Source: an uncultured virus (IMG/VR IMGVR_UViG_3300044729_003472)
Lineage: Duplodnaviria; Heunggongvirae; Uroviricota; Caudoviricetes
Direction: 5' to 3' (one strand)
Virus record (IMG/VR): IMGVR_UViG_3300044729_003472
Length of the DNA stretch: 64,000 bases
This document shows, one piece after another, positions 56,900 to 64,000 of this stretch (positions within the stretch are counted from its first letter, which is position 1; each line of letters begins with the position of its first letter). The notes under the pieces were generated by a model, which ran no database searches, was not told where the DNA came from, and saw nothing but the letters and a program-made list of their open reading frames with translations. Made by a program: the position numbers and the translations under genes.

Positions 56900-57234
56900 T
56901 ATGTGATTTCCATGATACTCATTACAGCATCAACGCTGCTGGATGCACTGCTTTGAACAAACATACTGTCCCCAGTTTCAAGCACAATTTTTTGATCGCC
57001 ACCGCCCACAACCAAGCTGGATCCTGCGCTGATAGGAGCGTTGACCACCAAATATGTATTTGCTACAGCCACATCCTGAATATAGACATTTGCAGTGATC
57101 GCACTGCCAGTTCGGTTTGTGACCGCAAACCCTACCACAATCGTAGTGGTATTTGCTGCCACTGTGTAGCCACCTACATCTGTGGGAGTTGTGCCTATTG
57201 AACTGCTGAGTTTTCTTTTGAATGTATTTGCCAT
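56899..57234 (-). CDS. Small virion structural protein
   Basis: MANTFKRK..KIVLETGD..SIMEIT, beta-rich, between two fibre genes. Confidence 0.65.
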   Translation of the reverse strand: MANTFKRKLSSSIGTTPTDVGGYTVAANTTTIVVGFAVTNRTGSAITANVYIQDVAVANTYLVVNAPISAGSSLVVGGGDQKIVLETGDSMFVQSSASSSVDAVMSIMEIT

Positions 57235-57237
57235 GTT

Positions 57238-60200
57238 TTACCCTAATGCTATGGCCAACGCTGTTGCGTCAGCTTGCGTTGCCACTGGTTCGCTGCCAAT
57301 ATTTAGCGCCAAATTTGCGGTGATTGTGTTGGCGGTAATCGCACCAGTGACGTTCAAATTGTTGTTTAGAGCCACCGTGTTTGCAGTAACCACGTTGGCT
57401 GTGACATTGCCACCAGTCACTAGACTACCGCCCTGTATGGTTTGACTCATCACAATGTTGCCCAGTGCGGTCATTTCCTGTGTCATCAACACATTGCCGG
57501 TCAAGCTCAAAATGCCACCTGGTGGATTGACTGTGTTGGTATTGACCTGTGTGCTGATATTGGCATTTGGGGCAAACACTGTGCCCACGGCACTGACATT
57601 TCCGCCCACGATGTTGCCAGTAGCAGTAACTATGCCGCCTGTGACAATGTTGCCACCAGTGATATTGGCCAAACTTTGAATAGTGCCTATTGCGGTGATC
57701 AAACCACCAGTGGTGATATTAGCGCCTGTGACATTGCCAGAAGCTGTGACTATGCCAGCAGTTGTGATGTTACCGCCAGTGACATTGCCTGTGGCAGTAA
57801 CCAGACCTGCTGTTATCAAGTTCCCGCCCGCAACATTGCCCGTAGCTGTGACCAAACCTGCTGTGGTGACATTGCCACCAGTGACGTTGCCTGTGGCAGT
57901 AACCAAGCCAACAGTGGTTATATTACCACCTGTGACATTGCTGGTAGCTGTAACAATGCCAGCAGCGATCACGTTACCGCCAACCACATTGCCTGTGGCT
58001 GTTACTACACCTTGTGTGATAATATTGCCCGTAGCTGACACTATTCCTGCGGTTAATAGATTACCGCCAGTGACATTGCCAGTTACCTGTGCCAGTCCTG
58101 CAACATTTAGATTACCAGAGCCTTGCGCTGAAATGTTGCCCTGTACCAACAATGCATTGGCCGCGTAGTCAAATACTATGCCTGCGCTGGCACCAATTAC
58201 ACCGTTTTGATTGAATAGAACCTGAGTGTTACTGCCTGGTGTTGTTACGTTGCCTGCTAGGTTACCAACAAAATTTACAGCAATCACATTGCCTGCAGCA
58301 GTGATGTTGCCAGCTGCTGACATCTGTCCTGTTGATGTAACAAATGCGCCCACAACATTGGCACCGTTTACGTTGCCGGATGTTGAAATTAGGCCCGTAG
58401 ATACAATGTTACCACCAACTACGTTGGCACTAGTTGTCACAAAACCTGCTGTGACTAGGTTGCCGCCAGTTATATTACCTGTGGCACTGATAGTAGTAGA
58501 TGCAGTCAGCGAACCTGTGCTTACCAATCCGGTGGTAGTGATGTTACCACCTCCAACATTACCTGTGGCAATGACCTCGCCTGCTGTGACAATATTTCCG
58601 CCCACTACGTTGGCAGTAGCAGTAACTATGCCTGCAGTGACAATATTTCCGCCCACTACGTTGGCAGTAGCAGTTACGATACCTGCTGTGGTAATGTTTC
58701 CGCCTGTGACATTGCCTGAGGCACTCACAGTAGTTGCGGCTACCAGCGTGGTGTTAACATTACCGCTGTCAACATTTCCTGTGGCACTGACAAATGTTGC
58801 ATTTACATTGGCAGTTGTGACATTGCCTGTGACACTGACCAAGTTAGCATAGGCGTTGGTAACATTGAGATTTAGACTGTCAATGTTGCCAGTGGCACTG
58901 ACAAATCCAGTATTGACATTGCCCGCCACAAGATTTCCAGTGGCACTTAGTGTTGTAGCAGCAACAACATTAGCGCCGGTGATGTTACCGCTGTTAGTGA
59001 CTGTGAATTCTGTGGCAGATATGGTATCATTGGCAGTGATAGTTCCAACTGCACTGATTACACCTGAGGCACGTATGTTGCCAGCGTTGATGTTGGCTGT
59101 GAGATTAAGGTTGCCTAGTATATTACCAGTTAGGCTCAAATTACCAGTGGCAATATTTCCTGTGGTAAGATTACCTGTCACAGTAATCAATCCTGGTGTG
59201 CTGATGTTGCCTGCTGTTAGATTGCCAGTGGCAGAAACTTCTCCTCCAGTTACTACGTTTCCAGCAGTAACATTGCCTGTGGATGAAACTAGGCCCAGAG
59301 TTATGATATTTCCACCAGACACATTGCCTGTGGCAGAAATCACACCTGGTGTTTCAATATTGCCTGCTCTAGCATTGCCCACTACGTTGGCTGATTGCAC
59401 AAACAGATTACCGGCCTGCAGTGTGCCAAACTGATTGACTGTGACTATTTCATTGGCTATTGTGACGTTGGCAGCGGCAATAATGTTGCCGGATGAATTT
59501 TGCCAACCAATAAACGCAGAGCCCTCTGCGCCCTTGTAATACCAAAGTTGCTCACCACGATCTCGTCCGTCATCTGTGGTAAGCGGAGCATTGTTTGCGC
59601 CACGACCAAGGCCAAGTATGGGATCTTCAACATTGAGGTCAGTGACGTTGATATAGACTAGATTGCCTTGTATAACAGCATCGCCACCAATGATAACATT
59701 GCCAGTGGTTGATAGTTGTGCTGCGCTAACAATACCCACGGTTATGATATTGCCACCAACCACATTGCCCACTGCGCTGATCAAACCGCCGGTGTTGACA
59801 TTGGCTGCTGTGATGTTGCCAGTGGCACTGATTGCAGCACCTGTGATATCTTTGGTGTCAGCATTGACAATTACCTCGGTGTCTTGAGCCAGTACGTTAC
59901 CAACCAACTGTCCATCAAAGAATGCTGCTGTGACAACATTGGTTGCATTTATATTGTTGGCGTTGACGTTGGCTGTGGTCTGCACATTGCCCAAAAGACT
60001 CACAATATTGCCAGTGTACGTGGGCAGATAAGCTGCCACATTGGCATTGGCGTAGCTGACAATGTCGCCGTTGCCACTCAGGTTGAACACATTGCCATTG
60101 GGTAATGTGAAAATAAACGCAGAGCTGTTGGCGCTGAGGTTGGCATTGTTCAAGAACAAGCTGGCATTGCTGAGATAAAGATCTTTGAATGCTGCTGTGG

Positions 60201-63200
60201 GGCTACCAAGATTGTAGCTTATATTTGCTGCCGGCAAAATGTTGCCTGGCACTGTGGTATTTCCTGAATTAGCAAATGTCCACGTTCTTGCATTGGCATT
60301 GACTACCACATTGCCCACAAGGTTTTGTACCAAAAGATTGGCAGTGTTGGCAGTGGCATCTGTTGGAATGCGCACTAGAGCATTGCCAGTGGTGTTGTTT
60401 GGTGCAATTACGATGTTGCTGTCAGTTGCTCCCGACTGCAAGAAAATGTTTCCGCCAAGAAAATCAATGTTTCCTGTGACATCTGTCAGTGCAATACCGT
60501 TGCCCACAAAGTAGTTTGCAGTGATATTACCTGTGACAGAGATGTTGCCAGACTGTATTAGACCAGTGTTGTTGATATTGCCAGTGGCTAGATTTCCAAA
60601 GCTAGCAGTAGCAGCAAACATAGCATTGTCAACTGCATCAACCATGACTGTGCTGTCATCTGCAAACACGCTGCCTTTTAGATCACCAACAAATGCTGTA
60701 GCTGTCACTGTTTGAGCAACAGATACATTATTTGCGGCCAGACTCTCAGTGACAGTAACGTTATTGGCATTGACATTGGCTGTGGATGTTATGTTGCCGG
60801 TGGCAGTGATCAAGCCTGATGTACCAATGTTGCCACCCGTGATATTGGCAGTTGCAGTGACCTGTCCCGCGGTTACAATGTTGCCGCCTGTGATGTTGGC
60901 AGTGGCAGTGACTATGCCGCCTGTGGTAAGATTGCCACCAATCACGTTGGCCACAGCAGATACATTGTTAGCTGTGGCATTGCCCACTACATTGCTTGAC
61001 TGAGCAAATATATTGCCAGCCTGGAACGTTCCAAAACTGTTGACTGTGACTATTTCGTTAGCAATGGTGACATTGCTGGCTGCTATCAAATTACCGCTGC
61101 TGTTTTGCCAACCAATAAAGGCAGATCCTTCCGCAGTGGTGTAATACCACAATTGTTCACCGCGATCCTTGCCGTCATTGAGCACCAAAGGTGCATTGTT
61201 GGCACCACGTCCTAGAGAAATAATTGGATCCTCAACGTTGAGTTCGGTGATGTTTATGTAGGTGGTGTTACCATTTACAACCAAATTCTGTCCAACAATG
61301 ACGTTGCCAGTTGTTTCAAGATTTCCTAGATTGACATTGCCTGTGACGCTGATCACGTTGCCAATGAACCGATCAGCATAGACATTGCCAACGGCACTGA
61401 TCAATCCACCGGTGTTGATATTGGCAGCGGTTAGATTTCCTGTGGCCGAGATCAAGCCACCGGTATTGATATTGGCCGCTGCCAAATTACCTGTGGCAGT
61501 GATTACACCACCAGTGATCAAATTACCACCAGTGATGTTGGCAGTGGCTGTGATCAACCCTGCTGTGGCGATATTGCCACCCGTGATGTTGCTGGTAGCA
61601 CTGATCAAACCGCCGGTGTTGATATTGGCTGCTGCCAAATTGCCTGTGGCAGTGATTGTGGCATTGGCTGTGATATTGTTGGCCAGCACATCTCCCACTG
61701 CTGTGATGCTGCCTAGAGATCTTAGATTTCCACCGTTGATGTTGGCAGTTGATGTGATGTTGCCTGTGGCTGTGATCAAACCGGCTGTGATCAAGTTGCC
61801 ACCAGTGATGTTACCTGTGGCAGTGATCTGTTGAGCAGCCTGAATGTTGCCACTGGCAGTGAAAGTTATGGCGCTGACTACATTGGCACCGGTGATGTTG
61901 CCTGTGCCGGGTGCACCGGCCACGGTGATAGCCTGTCCAACAATGAGATTGCTGGTAATGTTGGCGTTGGCGCCAAGATCAAGATTGCCAGTGATATTGG
62001 CAGCACCGTTCAGGAACAAAGCATTGGTAGTCTGATTGAATGTGAATGCTGGACTGGCACCTACGTTGCCATCCAAGTTGTACAGTAGTTGAGTATTAGA
62101 CCCAGGAACTGCTAGGTTACCAGTGATATTACCTACCAAGTTACCAATAAAAAAGCCGCCGCCGCTGACCACAATGTTGCCAGTGCTGGTAATAATACCA
62201 GCATTGACAATGTTGCCAGAGTTGATGTTGCCTGTCACACTGGCTGAGTTCGCTCGTACCACGTTGGCATTGACATTGCTGCTGTTGACGTTGCCTGTGG
62301 CACTGACAGTGGTTGCGGCCACCAATGTGGTGTTGACATTGCCACTGTCAACGTTGCCTGTGGCACTGACAAAAGTTGCATTGACATTGCTGCTGTTGAT
62401 GTTGCCTGTGGCACTGACAAAAGTTGCATTAACGTTGCTGCTGTTTATGTTGCCTGTGGCACTGACAGTGGTTGCAGACACCAATGTGGTATTGACATTG
62501 CCACTATTGACATTGCCTGTGACACTGGCAAAAGCTGCATTGAGATTGCTGCTGTTGACGTTTCCTGTGGCGCTGACAGTGGTAGCTGCCACCAGTGTGG
62601 TATTGACATTGCCGCTGTTGACATTACCAACAATGCTGGCAAATTGAGCATTTACATTAGCAGCGTTGACGTTGCCCGTGACATTTAATGTGCTGGTAAC
62701 ATTGCCTGAGAGACTCAAAGTCTGTGCTTCAATGTTGCCAGCCACAAAATTGCCATAGCTGTTGACTGTGACAATTTCGTTGACAATGGAAACATCAAGC
62801 GCAGCAAACAGTTTTTGTGTGGAATTGTCTAGACCAATAAATGCAGACTTCTCACTGGTGGTATAGTACCAAAGTTGTTCACCGCGGTCTAGTCCATCGT
62901 TGTTGGCCAAAGGTGTGTTGTTTGGACCGCGACCAAGACTGATTATGGGATCTTGAACGTTGAGTTCAGTGATGTTGATGTAAATTATGTTGCCGTTGAC
63001 AGCAAGATTGCCACCAATCACTGCGTTGCCAGTGATGTTTAGGGCACCACCATTGACCAGGCCTGTGGTATTGAGATTGGCTGCTGTGGCATTGCCTGCA
63101 GCACTGAGTATACCACCTGTGGTGATATTGCCACCCACAATGTTGCCACTCACAGTGAGATTGCTGATGCTGCTGTTGCCGCTTACAACAAACTGGCCAC

Positions 63201-63819
63201 CTGCTGGGTTGGTAATAACCACTGCTGTGGCATTGCTTGTGATTGTTGCTCCGCCAAAATCTACACCATTAGCGGATGTCCATAATTTGTTCCAGCGATT
63301 ACCCGCAGTGCCTAGACCATAAACATTGTTGCCCCAGGGGTTGACATTGGCCTGCCAAGTTGCTGCGGTATTGCTAATGGTCATGACATTTTCAGTGCCG
63401 CTGACCTGCAAACGTATGTTGCCGTTGGCAACAGGGATGCCCAACACAGTTGAACCGTTGGCAATGCTTTGAGCTACGTCAACAAAGATACCAGTGAGTC
63501 CACGCCCGTTGCCTACATAGAATTCTGAGTAAACTGTGCCAAATGTGCGATTAGCTGCACCTATGTCGTAAACCCCATTTGCAGCGGGCATGATGGTGCT
63601 GTTGGCCTGGATATTGCCAATTCCGTTGGCTGCCAAAACCAAGTTGTTGTTGACGCCAGTTACAGTGATTGTATTACCGGTGATCCGGACGTTGCTGCCT
63701 ACCGGTCCGGCTGTGTAGATTTCTGTAAAATTTTCGTTTACAGCCTGGAACGCATTGCGTAACGGCTCGCCAGTCCCGTCATTGGGCTCAGTACCAATGT
63801 TGATTATTTGCTGTGACAT
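57238..63819 (-). CDS. Very long fibre protein (2193 aa)
   Basis: N-terminal INIG..PNDGTGEPLR.AF..N.NF.E baseplate-anchor motif (T4 gp9/gp10-like); extensive N/T/G/A/V repeats; GGTAAATA at 63843-63850. Confidence 0.85.
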   Translation of the reverse strand: MSQQIINIGTEPNDGTGEPLRNAFQAVNENFTEIYTAGPVGSNVRITGNTITVTGVNNNLVLAANGIGNIQANSTIMPAANGVYDIGAANRTFGTVYSEFYVGNGRGLTGIFVDVAQSIANGSTVLGIPVANGNIRLQVSGTENVMTISNTAATWQANVNPWGNNVYGLGTAGNRWNKLWTSANGVDFGGATITSNATAVVITNPAGGQFVVSGNSSISNLTVSGNIVGGNITTGGILSAAGNATAANLNTTGLVNGGALNITGNAVIGGNLAVNGNIIYINITELNVQDPIISLGRGPNNTPLANNDGLDRGEQLWYYTTSEKSAFIGLDNSTQKLFAALDVSIVNEIVTVNSYGNFVAGNIEAQTLSLSGNVTSTLNVTGNVNAANVNAQFASIVGNVNSGNVNTTLVAATTVSATGNVNSSNLNAAFASVTGNVNSGNVNTTLVSATTVSATGNINSSNVNATFVSATGNINSSNVNATFVSATGNVDSGNVNTTLVAATTVSATGNVNSSNVNANVVRANSASVTGNINSGNIVNAGIITSTGNIVVSGGGFFIGNLVGNITGNLAVPGSNTQLLYNLDGNVGASPAFTFNQTTNALFLNGAANITGNLDLGANANITSNLIVGQAITVAGAPGTGNITGANVVSAITFTASGNIQAAQQITATGNITGGNLITAGLITATGNITSTANINGGNLRSLGSITAVGDVLANNITANATITATGNLAAANINTGGLISATSNITGGNIATAGLITATANITGGNLITGGVITATGNLAAANINTGGLISATGNLTAANINTGGLISAVGNVYADRFIGNVISVTGNVNLGNLETTGNVIVGQNLVVNGNTTYINITELNVEDPIISLGRGANNAPLVLNDGKDRGEQLWYYTTAEGSAFIGWQNSSGNLIAASNVTIANEIVTVNSFGTFQAGNIFAQSSNVVGNATANNVSAVANVIGGNLTTGGIVTATANITGGNIVTAGQVTATANITGGNIGTSGLITATGNITSTANVNANNVTVTESLAANNVSVAQTVTATAFVGDLKGSVFADDSTVMVDAVDNAMFAATASFGNLATGNINNTGLIQSGNISVTGNITANYFVGNGIALTDVTGNIDFLGGNIFLQSGATDSNIVIAPNNTTGNALVRIPTDATANTANLLVQNLVGNVVVNANARTWTFANSGNTTVPGNILPAANISYNLGSPTAAFKDLYLSNASLFLNNANLSANSSAFIFTLPNGNVFNLSGNGDIVSYANANVAAYLPTYTGNIVSLLGNVQTTANVNANNINATNVVTAAFFDGQLVGNVLAQDTEVIVNADTKDITGAAISATGNITAANVNTGGLISAVGNVVGGNIITVGIVSAAQLSTTGNVIIGGDAVIQGNLVYINVTDLNVEDPILGLGRGANNAPLTTDDGRDRGEQLWYYKGAEGSAFIGWQNSSGNIIAAANVTIANEIVTVNQFGTLQAGNLFVQSANVVGNARAGNIETPGVISATGNVSGGNIITLGLVSSTGNVTAGNVVTGGEVSATGNLTAGNISTPGLITVTGNLTTGNIATGNLSLTGNILGNLNLTANINAGNIRASGVISAVGTITANDTISATEFTVTNSGNITGANVVAATTLSATGNLVAGNVNTGFVSATGNIDSLNLNVTNAYANLVSVTGNVTTANVNATFVSATGNVDSGNVNTTLVAATTVSASGNVTGGNITTAGIVTATANVVGGNIVTAGIVTATANVVGGNIVTAGEVIATGNVGGGNITTTGLVSTGSLTASTTISATGNITGGNLVTAGFVTTSANVVGGNIVSTGLISTSGNVNGANVVGAFVTSTGQMSAAGNITAAGNVIAVNFVGNLAGNVTTPGSNTQVLFNQNGVIGASAGIVFDYAANALLVQGNISAQGSGNLNVAGLAQVTGNVTGGNLLTAGIVSATGNIITQGVVTATGNVVGGNVIAAGIVTATSNVTGGNITTVGLVTATGNVTGGNVTTAGLVTATGNVAGGNLITAGLVTATGNVTGGNITTAGIVTASGNVTGANITTGGLITAIGTIQSLANITGGNIVTGGIVTATGNIVGGNVSAVGTVFAPNANISTQVNTNTVNPPGGILSLTGNVLMTQEMTALGNIVMSQTIQGGSLVTGGNVTANVVTANTVALNNNLNVTGAITANTITANLALNIGSEPVATQADATALAIALG

Positions 63820-63893
63820 AGGTGTTCATGGTCCTCTTTCTATATTTACCAAAACACCAAGATTACTTTTTTGTGGGTTTTTAACTGCGTGGT

Positions 63894-63999
63894 TTATTCT
63901 GGTATAATTGGATTGCCGTTGGCGTCACACTGAGCATAGGTCATGCTGCCATTCTCGTTATGAATCACCGCAGTAATAGCAAAGCAGTTTTGGATGCTG
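63894..63999 (-). CDS. 3' end of an upstream ORF, truncated by window edge
   Basis: Open frame QHPKLLCYYCGDSYENGSMTYAQCDANGNPIIPE-TAA. Confidence 0.35.
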   Translation of the reverse strand, partial: SIQNCFAITAVIHNENGSMTYAQCDANGNPIIPE

Positions 64000-64000
64000 T

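Noticed and set aside
53606..63322. Many plus-strand ORFs rich in LPPV/MLPVA
   Set aside because: Antisense shadows of the repetitive minus-strand fibre genes; no RBS or promoter support
57238..63819. Repeats as a possible CRISPR array or diversity-generating retroelement
   Set aside because: The repeats are in-frame, degenerate at codon third positions and lack unique spacers; no reverse transcriptase, cas gene or adenine-specific TR/VR pair was seen
1..64000. Stop-codon reassignment as in some large phages
   Set aside because: Core genes are full length in code 11, and TAA, TGA and TAG all end genes at sensible positions
1..64000. tRNA or rRNA genes
   Set aside because: Intergenic gaps are very short and none shows a cloverleaf or T-loop signature by eye; tRNAscan-SE was not run

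Overview
A gene-dense 64-kb segment of a large T4-like myophage, read in the standard genetic code and mostly on the minus strand. Core genes: uvsY, uvsX, the gp32 ssDNA-binding protein, large and probable small terminase, gp4 head completion, tail tube and sheath, dNMP kinase, neck proteins gp13/gp14, gp15, and very long Asn/Thr/Gly-rich fibre proteins. About a third of the window is accessory carbohydrate and tailoring chemistry. This comprises a ~12-kb glycosyltransferase/methyltransferase/nucleotide-sugar cluster and five radical SAM enzymes, four of them with an N-terminal twitch/SPASM-like domain. It also includes an SDR, a 2OG-Fe(II) oxygenase-like protein, a sulfotransferase-like protein and SGNH proteins threaded between the replication genes. 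The best candidate for an undescribed system is a phage-encoded glycan synthesis and radical-SAM tailoring pathway, possibly decorating fibres packed with N-x-T/S sequons; this is inference. Other notable signals are TAAATA late promoters 4-7 nt before ATG (probably leaderless mRNAs), a cluster of capsid-targeted internal proteins including a polyprotein-like ORF, a circularly permuted LysM domain, and a structured, repeated gp32 leader. All product calls come from motif recognition by eye; no database searches were run. Several starts were moved from the ORF track to downstream ATGs that overlap the upstream stop or follow a promoter/RBS.
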